The notes beneath the pieces are model-generated. The model did not search any database. It saw only the letters and a list, made by a program, of their open reading frames with translations, and had not been told where the DNA came from. DNA of 64,000 nt, taken from NCBI GenBank assembly GCA_034432155.1, contig DAOUCP010000035.1, positions 83,036 through 147,035 on the forward strand. The letters are read 5' to 3'. Positions within the stretch are counted from its first letter, which is position 1, and every line of letters starts with the position of its first letter. Origin of the DNA: Anaerolineae bacterium. Its GTDB lineage: Bacteria; Chloroflexota; Anaerolineae; Epilineales; Epilineaceae. The position numbers were made by a program, and so were the translations under genes. Of the stretch, positions 35,283 to 45,626 are shown one piece after another.

Positions 35283-37127
35283 CTACTCCCACTCGATGGT
35301 GCCCGGCGGCTTGGTGGTAACATCCAGTGCCAGCCCGCTCACCCCCGGCAGGGTTAAGAGATCGCGCCGCAGCTCGGCGAGCAGGGCGTCGGGCAGCCGA
35401 GCCGGTGCAGCGGTCATGGCGCGCTCCGAAAGCACCGGCCGGACGACCACCAGCTCAGTGCCCTGGCCATCGAGCGACAGGGGAACGAGCAGCGTCGGGC
35501 ACTGCCAGATCGAGTCGTAGACGCCATGGCGACGCAATCCCGCATGGACGATGGCGTCCGCTTCGCGCAGCAGGTCCAGCCGCTCGCGGGTCACAGTGGC
35601 CGCGCGCGGCTCGGCGTGCCGCGGAGCGGCCAGGCCTAGATTCCACAGCGCCCGGTTGACGCCCGGCACCTCGCGGAAGATGCGCCCGGCGAGGCGGAGA
35701 AGATCGTCCCAGGGCAGGTTGCCGGTGAGCAGCACCGGATGTTCATAGCTCCGCAGGTCGGCCTTGACGCCGACCGAGCGGATGGGCAGCGCCAGCGCCT
35801 CCACACCGACCTCGACTGCCAGGCGCGCCAATGCCGGCTCCAGTTCCGCAAAGCCGTGCCGATCGGGCTCGCCGGACGAGCAGAGCAGCCTCACCGCGAG
35901 GCCAGGACCTGGAAATGGGTGGCGCCAGACGGCCGCACGCGGCATCCCGATCCTCTCACCCAGTTCCCGAACCTCTACCTTGTACAGGTCGGCCAGGGGC
36001 TCCACCACCCGGCCAGCGGCGATCATTTCGGCGACGATGGGCACGCGGTTGTGATGGGTCTTGATGACATCGGCTCGCGCGGTGCCGCCCGTCTCGATGG
36101 TGTCCGGATAGATGGTTCCCTGGCCGAGCAGGAAGTGCTCGATCCCCAGCCTGCGCGCCTCGCGCTCGAACACGGCGATGAACGTCTCGCCGATGCGGCG
36201 CCGCTTCTCCTCGGGCTCGACAACGCCCGCGAGAGCCGACAGAAACTCCGCGCTGGCATCGACGAAGACGAGGTGCCGGTCCAACCCCAGCTCCGATAGC
36301 ATCGCGAGGACCTCGCGACTCTCATTCTTGCGCAAAAGGCCGTTGTCGATGTGCAGGAGCTGCAGGCGGTCAGGCCCCAGCGCTCGGCTCAGCAACATCG
36401 CCGCCACCGTCGAGTCCACCCCGCCTGAGACCAACAGGAACACGCTTTGCTCGCCGACTTGCGCTCGCACGCGCTCCACCGCCTCCTCGAGGTAGCGCTC
36501 CAGGGTCCAAGTGGGTCGACAGCCGCAAATGCGCAACACGAAGTTGCCCAGCATCTCGGCGCCATGAACGGTGTCGTCCACCTCGGGATGGAACTGAAAG
36601 CCATAGCGACGCAGCCCGTCGTGGGCAATCGCCGCATTCCGCTGCTTGGGGCTCGCGTTCTCGCCTAGCGTGGTGTAGCCAATCTCGCGAAACCCCGGGC
36701 CCAGCTCGGTGACCGAGTCATAGTGGCTCATCCAGACCGTCTCGACCGGGCCCAAGCCCTCGAAGAGTGGATGGGGGGTCACATGCAAGTCGGCGGGCCC
36801 CCACTCGCGGCCCCCGTGCACTACCCGGCCGCCATAGTGCTTGGCGATCTCCTGGTGGCCGAAGCAAAGCCCTAGGATCGGCACCGGCAATTCGTAGATC
36901 GCCTTGTTGTATCCGGCATCCTCATCAAATGCCGAAAGGCTCGGACTGCCAGAGAGCACAATGCCGCGATAGCCGACAAAGGTTTGCAAGGGGGCTTCGG
37001 GTTGCTGAATCTCGGCTAGGACATGAAGCCGTCGGATCTGGGTGGCGATCAGGTGGGCATACTGGCCGCCAAAATCGACGACGGCGATCCTGTCGTGACG
37101 GCTGTCGCGCCTGCGACCCTGGGACAT
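35283..37127 (-). CDS. guaA: GMP synthase (glutamine-hydrolysing)
   Basis: GATase IAVVDFGGQYAHLIA...LGLCFGHQ. ATP-PPase P-loop SGGVDSTV. C-terminal ...KPPGTIEWE. An extra copy of about 90 aa of the dimerisation-domain motif (PIRSVGVKADLRSYEHPV...) is inserted before the canonical one. Confidence 0.9.
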   Translation of the reverse strand: MSQGRRRDSRHDRIAVVDFGGQYAHLIATQIRRLHVLAEIQQPEAPLQTFVGYRGIVLSGSPSLSAFDEDAGYNKAIYELPVPILGLCFGHQEIAKHYGGRVVHGGREWGPADLHVTPHPLFEGLGPVETVWMSHYDSVTELGPGFREIGYTTLGENASPKQRNAAIAHDGLRRYGFQFHPEVDDTVHGAEMLGNFVLRICGCRPTWTLERYLEEAVERVRAQVGEQSVFLLVSGGVDSTVAAMLLSRALGPDRLQLLHIDNGLLRKNESREVLAMLSELGLDRHLVFVDASAEFLSALAGVVEPEEKRRRIGETFIAVFEREARRLGIEHFLLGQGTIYPDTIETGGTARADVIKTHHNRVPIVAEMIAAGRVVEPLADLYKVEVRELGERIGMPRAAVWRHPFPGPGLAVRLLCSSGEPDRHGFAELEPALARLAVEVGVEALALPIRSVGVKADLRSYEHPVLLTGNLPWDDLLRLAGRIFREVPGVNRALWNLGLAAPRHAEPRAATVTRERLDLLREADAIVHAGLRRHGVYDSIWQCPTLLVPLSLDGQGTELVVVRPVLSERAMTAAPARLPDALLAELRRDLLTLPGVSGLALDVTTKPPGTIEWE

Positions 37128-37334
37128 GCCCCCGCCCTCAACCTCCTTGGACAGTATGCGCATTTCGCTGCGGCCCGCCAAGGAGCAAGCGCCAGGGCAG
37201 CTCTGCTCTGGCGCGCCCGCCCACGCTTCCCGGCTGCACCGTCCGCCGGCCGTCCCTGGGCGCGTCCCTGCCAGCTGCAGCCATCCCCGCGCTCCCGCGT
37301 GTCACCGGCACACCCCAATGCGCCTCGCGCTGGC

Positions 37335-39947
37335 TCACCACACTGCCACCTCGCCGAGGATCACCGCCCTCGTTGCCGGTTTGGCGCCGGGACCGCGCAC
37401 CGGCCACCGTTCGCCAGTCTGTGCCTCGTACACCCCGATCTCCACCGTGTAGGCACCCGGCGGCGCCGAATCGGGCACCCGCAACAGGTGTCGATCGAAG
37501 ACAACGGCTCCCGCAGGCCTCCCTCCTTCCTGCCAGGGCCACCGTCCCCCGGAGGGTGGCCCATCCTGGCCCGCCCACAGGAGGCTGCCCTCGGGCCCGT
37601 GGGGCGGCCCCAATAGATGGGCAAACACCAGCGGCGATCCGGCGGGAGACATTGCCCGCCCAGGCAATGTCCAGCACAGATCGACAACCACGGCTCCGCC
37701 CGCACGCACCCGGTGCGGCACGATCCGCCCGGAGTGCAGCACCATCGGGCCGACGTGTACCGCCTCGCCAGCTCGCGCGCCACTGCACGGCGGTCCCGAC
37801 AAGGCTGGGTTTTCGCGCACCGCCACTTCGCCACTGGCCGCACATTCGGGCTGGCCCCTCGCCGTGAGGGCCTCGACGGTGGCCCGCCAGTGCAAGCGCC
37901 CGCCCGGCAACCGGTCGTCGACGCTGAGTTGAAGCGGCAAGCGCAGCCAAGCCGGCGCGCTCGGCAGGGGACCATTCGCCGCATCGCCGGCCATTACTTC
38001 GGACACCGCCAGTACCGACTGGCCGACGGGGACGGTCATGGCCGCTGGGGAGGCGAAGAGCTCGAGACGCGCCACGTCACCCTTGCGCAGCCCCGAGGCA
38101 AAGACGCTAACGTACAGCGTGTCCCCGGGCCGAGCAGCACGGCTGGCGAAGCCCACCAGGGGCGCCATGCGAGGCCCGGACCTCGTCCTTGGGGCGGCCT
38201 CCTGTAACCTCGATCGCTCCGTTTCGGCATGCGCAGTGCTGGCGATCATCGTGCCGGGAAAGCGACTTGACAGTCCGGTGGTGAGAGGTCGAAGGCCGTC
38301 GGAGGCATAGAGGTGCAGGGCATCGGCGCCGTAGCCCTCGCTCAACACCCGCGGCAGCCGGCGCGTCAGCCAGGCCTCGACTTCGCGCCCGGGATCCTGT
38401 AGTTCGCGTCCCCACTCCACGAGCCAGACCCTGCGATGCTCCCGCGCCAATCGAGCTAGTTCGTTTTGCCACGCCGTCTCGCCGAGCATGTCGCTGCCCC
38501 GGCTGGGGAACTCGACCACCATCGGCCGATCGGCCCAGGCGGGCGGTGACTCGGCCGGTAGCTCGAACGAAGGCCGGTTCCAGGGTTGCACCCACGCCCG
38601 ATCGTAGTAGTAGCGAAAGAGCGGATAGCGGTTGCCGCTCACCAGGAGGACCACGTCGTCCGGTCTGGCCTGACTCCAGATGGCCAGCACCATGGCGTAG
38701 GGATCGGCCTGCAGCCGTCGCGCGGTGTAATGACTTGGCAGACTGACAAGCCCCGGGCCAAACAGGCACAGCGCAGCGGCAAGCCCTACTGGCCGGTGGG
38801 CTCGCACCAGCCGAGCCAGACCCCATGCCAGAAGCGCATAGACGGGCACGAGGAAGGGCACAAAGTAGCGCGCTTCGACGCGGGGGGTGTAGAACACCGA
38901 TCGAGGCTGGGCGACGCCCCAGATGACGAGGGGCGCCAGAACGAGGAGGCCTCCCGCGAGCAGGAAGGCCCCAGGCGGTCCGGCCGGTGCCGCGGTGGCT
39001 GGGCCTACCTTGCCCATGGGGGCAGATCGCCTTAGCAAGGGATAGGCCAGGGCCGCAATCGCCGCGCTGCCACCCAACCAGAAGACCGCCGTCGCTGCGC
39101 GGCAATCGTTTAGCTCCGTCGATCGCCCGGTCGCCAGGAGTGTCAACCATAGCTGGGCGACGAAGCCCAGCCTGGGCGCCGGCTCCGGCAGGCGCCAGCT
39201 GGCCATCCGCGGCACGGCATAGGCAAGCCAGGGCGCGAAGGCCAACGCCAAACCCGCCAGGCCCGTCAGCCAGGCAACGAACCACTGCCGGGAGGTGCGC
39301 CGGCGGAGCAGGACGAGCCACGTCGCAGCGGCAAGCCAGGTCACCATCAGGGCCGCCAGGTAGACGCTATACAGCGCCGCCAGCGATCCCGCGACTGCCG
39401 CCAGCCATCCCCCGTTCCAGGGCCTTCCCGCCCTGCGCTGCGCAGCCGAGAGCCAGCAGATAGCGCCATAGGTCGCCCAGGCAATCGCCAAGGCGGCCAG
39501 CATGTACATTCGCAGCTCCATGGACCACCACACGGCAAACCGGGAGGTGGCAACCAGTGCCAGGGCGAATCCTCCGGCCAGCCGACCACCAAGGCGTCTT
39601 GCGAGGGCCCAGGCCATCACCGCGCTCAGCACACCCGCGATGACGCTTAGGTAGCGCAAGGCGAATTCCGTCTCTCCGACCAGTCGCTGCCAGGGCCAAA
39701 GCGCCCAGAAGAACAGGGGAGGATGGACGTCGCTTGCCGTCCAGGCGGTCATCTCGCTCCAGGGCTTGCGGACCGCCCAGACGGCCAAGGCCTCGTCCCA
39801 CCAGACGTTGGCGTCGCCCAGGCGAACCAGGCGCACGAGGAACGCCAGCCCGACAAGGAGCAGAGGCAGCCACCGCCCCTCGGTTCGCGCCGCGCCCACG
39901 GCAACCGTCAGTCCGCCCTGGCGGTCCGTGGCCGTCGCCGCAGCCAT
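37335..39947 (-). CDS. Polytopic membrane glycosyltransferase, GT39/GT83 (PMT_2-like), paralog of 30910-33348
   Basis: WWDEALAVWAV...DVHPPLFFW loop-1 motif. Many TM helices. Large C-terminal domain. The start is uncertain: the track ORF extends to 40004 and overlaps the upstream GH gene. Confidence 0.7.
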   Translation of the reverse strand: MAAATATDRQGGLTVAVGAARTEGRWLPLLLVGLAFLVRLVRLGDANVWWDEALAVWAVRKPWSEMTAWTASDVHPPLFFWALWPWQRLVGETEFALRYLSVIAGVLSAVMAWALARRLGGRLAGGFALALVATSRFAVWWSMELRMYMLAALAIAWATYGAICWLSAAQRRAGRPWNGGWLAAVAGSLAALYSVYLAALMVTWLAAATWLVLLRRRTSRQWFVAWLTGLAGLALAFAPWLAYAVPRMASWRLPEPAPRLGFVAQLWLTLLATGRSTELNDCRAATAVFWLGGSAAIAALAYPLLRRSAPMGKVGPATAAPAGPPGAFLLAGGLLVLAPLVIWGVAQPRSVFYTPRVEARYFVPFLVPVYALLAWGLARLVRAHRPVGLAAALCLFGPGLVSLPSHYTARRLQADPYAMVLAIWSQARPDDVVLLVSGNRYPLFRYYYDRAWVQPWNRPSFELPAESPPAWADRPMVVEFPSRGSDMLGETAWQNELARLAREHRRVWLVEWGRELQDPGREVEAWLTRRLPRVLSEGYGADALHLYASDGLRPLTTGLSSRFPGTMIASTAHAETERSRLQEAAPRTRSGPRMAPLVGFASRAARPGDTLYVSVFASGLRKGDVARLELFASPAAMTVPVGQSVLAVSEVMAGDAANGPLPSAPAWLRLPLQLSVDDRLPGGRLHWRATVEALTARGQPECAASGEVAVRENPALSGPPCSGARAGEAVHVGPMVLHSGRIVPHRVRAGGAVVVDLCWTLPGRAMSPAGSPLVFAHLLGPPHGPEGSLLWAGQDGPPSGGRWPWQEGGRPAGAVVFDRHLLRVPDSAPPGAYTVEIGVYEAQTGERWPVRGPGAKPATRAVILGEVAVW

Positions 39948-41656
39948 CCTAGCCCGGTCAAGGCGACGACGAGCGCAGACAGCAATGCCCACGCGGCAAT
40001 CCAAAGCGGCCTGAGGGGCGAGGGCGGCGGGAGGCCAGTGACGTGCACCGCCGCCAGGGTGAGCTGGCCCGCGTCGACCCGCAGCTTGACCGCGTGCTCG
40101 CCGGGTGCCAGAGGGGCAACCACCAGCTGTTTCCGGTCGGCGAGCGCCTGGATGGCCGCCGAGCGGACCTCCTGGTCGACCACCAGGTACAATTCCGGTG
40201 GCGGGGCTTCCGCGGCTGGCCCCAGGTCGAGCCGAAACCCGCTGCCGGCGAAGCTAAACTGGAGCTCGGCGTCCGGTAGCCCAACCCGGACCGGCGCCCC
40301 GCCTGGCCCTTGTGCCTCTTGCCACGGCCCGGCGTAGACAAGTCCCCAGTCATCGGGCCAATGAACGCCCGCCGCCAAGACGACCGGACGCCGGCGGGCC
40401 AGCTCCTGCAACGCCCCGAAGACCGGCAGCTCCACCCAATCGGGTTCGACCAGCCGGAAGTAGCCCTCGGGTCGCTGATGCCACTCGAAATCGGGCCGAC
40501 GGAAGAACCAGACGAAGGCCGGGCCGATCCAGGGCCACTCACGGCCAATGCGCTCGTAGGCGGCCACGGTGTAGCGGGCCCGAGTCGCCTCGGTCACTCG
40601 CCCGTAGGGCGCCGGCAATTCCTTGGGCGGGCTGTCCCAGCCCATTTCGGTAATCCAGACTGGCTTATGGGCATCGCCATGACGCACCATGATGTCACGC
40701 GCCAACAGCGGCCGCACGAAATTGGTTCGCTCGCGGCTCACTCGACAGTCTGTCGGACCGGTCCATAGGCCGAAGGCCTGGACAGCCAGGACATCGAAGT
40801 CATCGGCCCAGCCTGCCTCGTAGAGCGCCTCCAGGTAGGCCAGGTCGTCCATGTTGCGCCCGCCCGCTTCGGTCGTCTGCGCCAAGGCGGCGCTGACGAT
40901 CACCACGCCCGGGCATGCCCCACGGGCTCGCTTGGCCGCCAACGCGAGCAGACGGGCGTAGCCGGCTGGATCCACGTCACGCTCGCCCCACTCGGGGTAG
41001 ATGTTCGGCTCGTTCCAGATTTGGTAGTAGCGGATTCGCCCGCAATAGCGTCCCACCACCGTGGCGACGAAATTGCCGAAGTCGCGCCAGTCGTCCGGGG
41101 GGCCCTTCTCCCCGGAGGCCGCAGGATCGGCAAATGCCCAGTCCGGAGGGTTGTCGAGTCGGACGAGAAGCTCGAGATGATGGTCGCGCGCCAAGTCCAC
41201 GATGCGGTCGTACTTCTCCCAAGCCACACGCGGCGGGTCGTTGCGGCGGTCGAGGAAGTCCCCCCGCCCGTGGATCTCGATGTCCTCCCACGGGAACTCT
41301 TGCCGCACCCAGCCAAACCCGGCGTCCTTGATGAGGGCAAGCGAGCGACGAACGTTCTCCGGCTCGACCTCCAACTGCAGGAAAGTGTTCACGCCAAACG
41401 GATTCGACCCGCGGTGGGCCAGGACGTCATCCGGCGCCAAGGCAAGCTCGGGCCCCTGGCGCTCGATCTGAACGAGAGCGATGAGGCCCTTCACACCCTC
41501 CCAGACGTTCTCCTCGCCTGTGACGCGCCACAAGTAGCTGCGGCTGGGCGGCGACAGGACGACCAGCACCCCCAGCGCGACGGCGCCACCGAGCGTCAGG
41601 ACAAGACGGCGGCCACGCACGAGCGCCGATTCTAGGCGTTCGACGTCGTGCCGCAA
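39908..41656 (-). CDS. Membrane-anchored glycoside hydrolase, clan GH-A (GH5-like)
   Basis: Catalytic acid/base context YYQIWNEPNI and nucleophile context VWITEMGWDS. N-terminal TM VLTLGGAVALGVLVVL and C-terminal hydrophobic segment + RRRPR tail. Confidence 0.65.
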   Translation of the reverse strand: MRHDVERLESALVRGRRLVLTLGGAVALGVLVVLSPPSRSYLWRVTGEENVWEGVKGLIALVQIERQGPELALAPDDVLAHRGSNPFGVNTFLQLEVEPENVRRSLALIKDAGFGWVRQEFPWEDIEIHGRGDFLDRRNDPPRVAWEKYDRIVDLARDHHLELLVRLDNPPDWAFADPAASGEKGPPDDWRDFGNFVATVVGRYCGRIRYYQIWNEPNIYPEWGERDVDPAGYARLLALAAKRARGACPGVVIVSAALAQTTEAGGRNMDDLAYLEALYEAGWADDFDVLAVQAFGLWTGPTDCRVSRERTNFVRPLLARDIMVRHGDAHKPVWITEMGWDSPPKELPAPYGRVTEATRARYTVAAYERIGREWPWIGPAFVWFFRRPDFEWHQRPEGYFRLVEPDWVELPVFGALQELARRRPVVLAAGVHWPDDWGLVYAGPWQEAQGPGGAPVRVGLPDAELQFSFAGSGFRLDLGPAAEAPPPELYLVVDQEVRSAAIQALADRKQLVVAPLAPGEHAVKLRVDAGQLTLAAVHVTGLPPPSPLRPLWIAAWALLSALVVALTGLGWLRRRPRTARAD

Positions 41657-41668
41657 GTCAGTCCTGCC

Positions 41669-41697
41669 TTGGCGAGGGCGCGCTGCGAGGCTATACT
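41669..41697 (+). promoter_or_regulatory. Putative rpsU promoter: -35 TTGGCG, 17-nt spacer, -10 TATACT (41692-41697)
   Basis: Followed by RBS GGGGGTGA 8 nt before the ATG at 41746. Confidence 0.5.
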
Positions 41698-41745
41698 GAC
41701 AGTTTGCCGCGCTAGCGAGATTCGACGAAGGGGGGTGAGAAGCGG

Positions 41746-41940
41746 ATGACGGTGGAACTGAAGCCCGGCGAGAGCTTTGAGAGCCTGCTCAAACGCTTCC
41801 GCAAGGAAGTGTCCAAAGCGCGCATCCTAAGTACGTACCGGCGCAAGCGCTGGTTCACCCCACTCAGCGAAGAGCGTCGCCTGGCCAAGAAGAAGGCCGA
41901 GCGCCGCGCCCGTCGGCGATTGCTGCGCAGCAGTCCCTAA
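41746..41940 (+). CDS. rpsU: 30S ribosomal protein S21
   Basis: 64 aa: ...ESLLKRFRKEVSKARILSTYRRKRWFTPLSEERRLAKKKA.., diagnostic of S21. Confidence 0.85.
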   Translation: MTVELKPGESFESLLKRFRKEVSKARILSTYRRKRWFTPLSEERRLAKKKAERRARRRLLRSSP

Positions 41941-42001
41941 GCGCGGGCGGAGCGCTCGATTCGGGTGCCCCGGGGCGCAGCGCGACCCCCATCGGAACAG
42001 C

Positions 42002-42043
42002 CGCCACCCGTCGTCAGGCACGGCGGGTGGCGTTGTTCTCTTG
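42002..42043. terminator. Rho-independent terminator between convergent rpsU and the dnaI-like gene
   Basis: Stem cgccacccg / cgggtggcg with a 13-nt loop, followed by ttgttctcttg. Confidence 0.6.
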
Positions 42044-42073
42044 CCAGCACCGGTTCGCCATTGCCAGCCTGGT

Positions 42074-43567
42074 TCACCGTGGTCGGCCGCGTCGGGCAGG
42101 CGGCGGACGGTCGGCGTACGATTCGTAGTACGCTGGCGCGATGATCTCGAAGATGGTGCATAGCCGGGTGTCCAACATGCGCGATCGCAAGCGCGCCGGC
42201 ACCTCTTCGAGCCGCAGGGCCATGGTGATCACCGTCGCCAGCCGCGCTGCATAGCGGTAGTTCAGGATCTGGAAGAGCTTCTCCTTTGCCCAAGGGGTCG
42301 CACTCTCAACCCCCAGATCGTCCAGCACCAGAAGCGGGGTCGAGCGGACCTCGTCGAAGCGACGATCGTATTGCACGCGGCTTGTCGGGCTATAGGTAGC
42401 TCGCAGGTGATCGAGAAGGTCGGGCACCACCACGAAGAGCGCTGGCGCACCTACGGCGACTCGCTGATTGGCGATCGCCGCCGCCAGGTGCGTCTTGCCG
42501 CAGCCATGCTGGCCCATGAAGACCAGCCAGCCACTCGGGGCCGCAGCAAACTGGCGCGCCAGCTCGAATGCCCGCTGGGCGTTCTCGGCTAGCTCGCGCC
42601 GCAGCACCGTCGCCCGGCTGTCCCAGCTTTCGAACGTCAAGCCACGATAGAGGTGAAGAGTTGAGAGCTCGGTGCCCTGGTCAGCCGTTCCGGCGCGGAA
42701 ATCGAGGGCGCGGATCTCCACCGCTCGCACCAGGCCGACGTGGCACAGTCGAGAGCGAATCCGGTCGTCGAGATCCTCCAGCCGGCAGTTGGTGGTCACC
42801 ACGGTGGGCAAACGATTGTTGTACCGATGGTTGAGCAGTTGGTACAGCTTCTCCGCCGCCCACGGCGTCGGCGCTTGAGCCCCCAGGTCGTCCAGGACCA
42901 GCAGTGGTACCTCGCGCACCGCTTCGAAGCGGTCCTCGTAGCTGTCGGCACTATCATCGGCAAAGGTGGCGCGCAGCTCATCGAGCAGATCCGGCAGCAC
43001 AACAAAGAGTGCTGGCAGGCCCCTGCGGAGTCGCTCATTCACGATTGCCGCCGCGAGATGCGACTTGCCACAGCCATAGCCGCCCCGCAAGAGTAGCCAG
43101 CCCGACGGGTTGGCGGCGAACTCCCGCGCTGCCTCGAAGGCCGCCCGGAGACTGAGGACCTGGTCGGGCGAGTTGCCCGGCGCCTCCACCTGGAAGGTCT
43201 CGAAGGTCATCTCGGCGAGGGCGGCCATCTGAGCGAAGCTGCGCACCGACTCCAGCTCACGACGAGCCAGCTCGTCAGCCATGCACCGGCAAGGCACCGC
43301 TTCGCTGAAGCGCGGGTCGTCGAGCGGCACATCGAACGTCACGTAGCCGATGCCACCGCAAATGGGGCACACTTCGTCTGCGGCAGCCGGCGCACCAACG
43401 CCCGAGGCGGCAGGGGCACGTGTCGCCGTGGCCTGGGGGCCAGCCGTCGCCGGCGAGCGGTCCGGCTCGTCGTCGGCAGGCTTTCGGCTAGCGCCGGATG
43501 TAGCGGCCGAATGGGCCCTCCTCAGTTCTTCGGCCCGTCGCTTCGCCAAGTCGCCGATCGGCTTCAT
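42074..43567 (-). CDS. DnaI/DnaC-like helicase loader with N-terminal Zn-ribbon and TWO tandem AAA+ modules
   Basis: Zn ribbon CPICGG...CRC. Module 1: Walker A GGYGCGKSHLAAAI, Walker B LLVLDDLGAQ, sensor VVTTN. Module 2: Walker A GQHGCGKTHLAAAI, Walker B LLVLDDLGVE, sensor replaced by TVITMA. Likely start is M6 (43567) with GGAGG 8 nt upstream. Confidence 0.7.
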   Translation of the reverse strand: MKPIGDLAKRRAEELRRAHSAATSGASRKPADDEPDRSPATAGPQATATRAPAASGVGAPAAADEVCPICGGIGYVTFDVPLDDPRFSEAVPCRCMADELARRELESVRSFAQMAALAEMTFETFQVEAPGNSPDQVLSLRAAFEAAREFAANPSGWLLLRGGYGCGKSHLAAAIVNERLRRGLPALFVVLPDLLDELRATFADDSADSYEDRFEAVREVPLLVLDDLGAQAPTPWAAEKLYQLLNHRYNNRLPTVVTTNCRLEDLDDRIRSRLCHVGLVRAVEIRALDFRAGTADQGTELSTLHLYRGLTFESWDSRATVLRRELAENAQRAFELARQFAAAPSGWLVFMGQHGCGKTHLAAAIANQRVAVGAPALFVVVPDLLDHLRATYSPTSRVQYDRRFDEVRSTPLLVLDDLGVESATPWAKEKLFQILNYRYAARLATVITMALRLEEVPARLRSRMLDTRLCTIFEIIAPAYYESYADRPPPARRGRPR

Positions 43568-44210
43568 CCTCGTTTCCTCCACGGCCTTCGCGGCCCCATC
43601 GTTCTAAGACGCGGCGGACATACGACCACTTGCGGACGTTGTTGACCACCGCCATCTGGATCGCGTCTTCGATCCACCTCTCCGGATAGGTCGCGGCGGC
43701 ATCCCGCAATTCGTCGGCCATCATCGGGGTGAGAAGACCGATGTTGTCCTCATAGAGCGCAAAGATGTTGGGGCGTCCATCCACACCCTCGCCTGCCGAC
43801 GGCCACACGGGCAGGGTCAGCCCGCCGTCGCGCCAGCGTTGATACAGCGCCCGACCCTGTCGGCAGTTCACGAACAGCCAGCGCTGGGGGCCGGTCTCGC
43901 TCGCGACCTCAGCGGTCAGACACAGGCCCCGATCGACAAGGCAATCGATGGCCGCCGTGACCGCTTCCGCGACTTGCTCCTCGGCCACCCCCAGCGAGCG
44001 CGCCCCCCGCCGCAGCACCGGGTCGAGCACCAGATCCGCCAAGCGCAAGGCCGCTGGCACCCCTCGCGGCCGTCGATGCAAGCGCCACACGAGGTGCAAG
44101 AAGGCCTTGATGGCCAGCGGATCCTCGAGCTCGGGCAGGTAGCGACTGAAGAACAGGTCCGGCACGGGGGTCCAGCGCGCACCGTCTGGGAAGCCACGCC
44201 GGCGAGGCAT
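43488..44210 (-). CDS. DnaD-domain replication initiation/primosome protein
   Basis: C-terminal DnaD-like domain NIFALYEDNIGLLTPMMADELRDAAATYPERWIEDAIQMAVVNNVRKWSYVRRVLERW. Start ATG at 44210 overlaps the dnaB stop (TGATG). Confidence 0.65.
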   Translation of the reverse strand: MPRRRGFPDGARWTPVPDLFFSRYLPELEDPLAIKAFLHLVWRLHRRPRGVPAALRLADLVLDPVLRRGARSLGVAEEQVAEAVTAAIDCLVDRGLCLTAEVASETGPQRWLFVNCRQGRALYQRWRDGGLTLPVWPSAGEGVDGRPNIFALYEDNIGLLTPMMADELRDAAATYPERWIEDAIQMAVVNNVRKWSYVRRVLERWGREGRGGNEDEADRRLGEATGRRTEEGPFGRYIRR

Positions 44211-45565
44211 CAGAACGGGACCTTCTCGGGCGGAGGGGCAGCCGGGACATCCTCGAACAGCGTCTCCTTGCCGACGAAAACGAGCGGCACCGTGCACGTC
44301 TTGCCGTGACGATGCTTGGCAATGTGCACCTGACAAAGCTGACTGTCGTCCTGCTCCGTGCTGGCGTTGGGTTCAGTATCGCGGTCGAGGAAAATCACAA
44401 TGTCCGCGTCCTGCTCGATGCTGCCCGAATCCCGCAAGTCGGAGAGCAGCGGCGCCTTGCTTTTCCGATGTTCGATCGCGCGCGACAGTTGGCTGGCGGC
44501 GATGACCGGCACGTTCAGCTCGCGTGCCAGCGCCTTCAGCGATCGTGAGATCAGACTGATCTCCTGGACCCGGTTCTCGAACGACCGCCCGCCGTGCATG
44601 AGCTGCAAGTAGTCGATGCACACGAGGTCGACTCGCTCGCGGTCGTGCAGCTGACGAACCTTCGTGCGGAGTTCGAACGGCGTAAGCCCGGCGGTATCGT
44701 CGATGTAGAGCGGCATCTCCGCGAGCTCCGCAATGTTGCGCAGCACCAAGTCGAAATCCGACTCGGAGCCGAACCGACCGTTGCGAAGCTCACTGACCGG
44801 GATATGGGTGCGCCCCGAAATCAGCCGCAACAGAAGTTGCTCGCCGGCCATTTCCAGACTGAACACGGCCACCGTGTGGCCCTGGGTGGCGGCGTGGGTG
44901 GCCACTGTCAGCAGCCAGCTGGTCTTGCCGGTACCCGGCCGCCCGGCAATGATGACCAGATCGGAGCCGTGCAGCCCTCCCAGCGCCACGTCCAGCTTCC
45001 GGAAGCCAGTCTGCACGCCGCGCGGCACGTGGCGCTGCTCGCGCGATTGCTCCAGCCTCTCGTGGAAATCCTCCACCAGGCGCACAATGGGCACCAGGTC
45101 CCGCCGGCCCTGACGCTCGCTCACCCGAAACAGCAACTCCTGGGCTTGGTCGATCAGCTCTTGCGACGTGCACTGGCGCCGGGTGTACGCTAGCTCGGCG
45201 ATTCCGTCGGCAGTGGCGATGAGGCGACGGCGCAGCGCCTCGTTCTCGACCATCCCCGCGTAGTGGTCAACGTGGGCGGAGGTCGGCGTTCGCGTGATCA
45301 GCTCCGTGAGGTAGGCTTCGCCACCGACCTCAGCCAACTGCCCCCTCCGCTCCAGCTCCCACTGGACGGTCATGGTGTCGATCGGCTCCTGGCGCTCGTA
45401 CAGGGCCGTTATGGCACGGTAGATCTTGGCGTGGGCGGGGCGCGAGAAGTCTTCCGGCTGAAGCTTGGCCGCGACCCGAAGTACTGCCGTGGGATCGAGC
45501 AGGAGGGCTCCTAGAACGGATTCTTCCGCCTCGACGTTGGCCGGGGCCAGCCTGTCGGTCAGCAT
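44210..45565 (-). CDS. dnaB: Replicative DNA helicase DnaB
   Basis: N-domain EESVLGALLLDP. Walker A GRPGTGKTS, Walker B/H3 VCIDYLQLM, H4 SRSLKALARELNVPVIAASQLSR. The ATG at 45565 is the only in-frame start downstream of the BFN stop. Confidence 0.9.
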   Translation of the reverse strand: MLTDRLAPANVEAEESVLGALLLDPTAVLRVAAKLQPEDFSRPAHAKIYRAITALYERQEPIDTMTVQWELERRGQLAEVGGEAYLTELITRTPTSAHVDHYAGMVENEALRRRLIATADGIAELAYTRRQCTSQELIDQAQELLFRVSERQGRRDLVPIVRLVEDFHERLEQSREQRHVPRGVQTGFRKLDVALGGLHGSDLVIIAGRPGTGKTSWLLTVATHAATQGHTVAVFSLEMAGEQLLLRLISGRTHIPVSELRNGRFGSESDFDLVLRNIAELAEMPLYIDDTAGLTPFELRTKVRQLHDRERVDLVCIDYLQLMHGGRSFENRVQEISLISRSLKALARELNVPVIAASQLSRAIEHRKSKAPLLSDLRDSGSIEQDADIVIFLDRDTEPNASTEQDDSQLCQVHIAKHRHGKTCTVPLVFVGKETLFEDVPAAPPPEKVPF

Positions 45566-45626
45566 GCGCGTGCAACCTTCTTGCCCTCCGAGGCAGTCCC
45601 GGAAGGCGGGGAGAAAACGATGAGGC

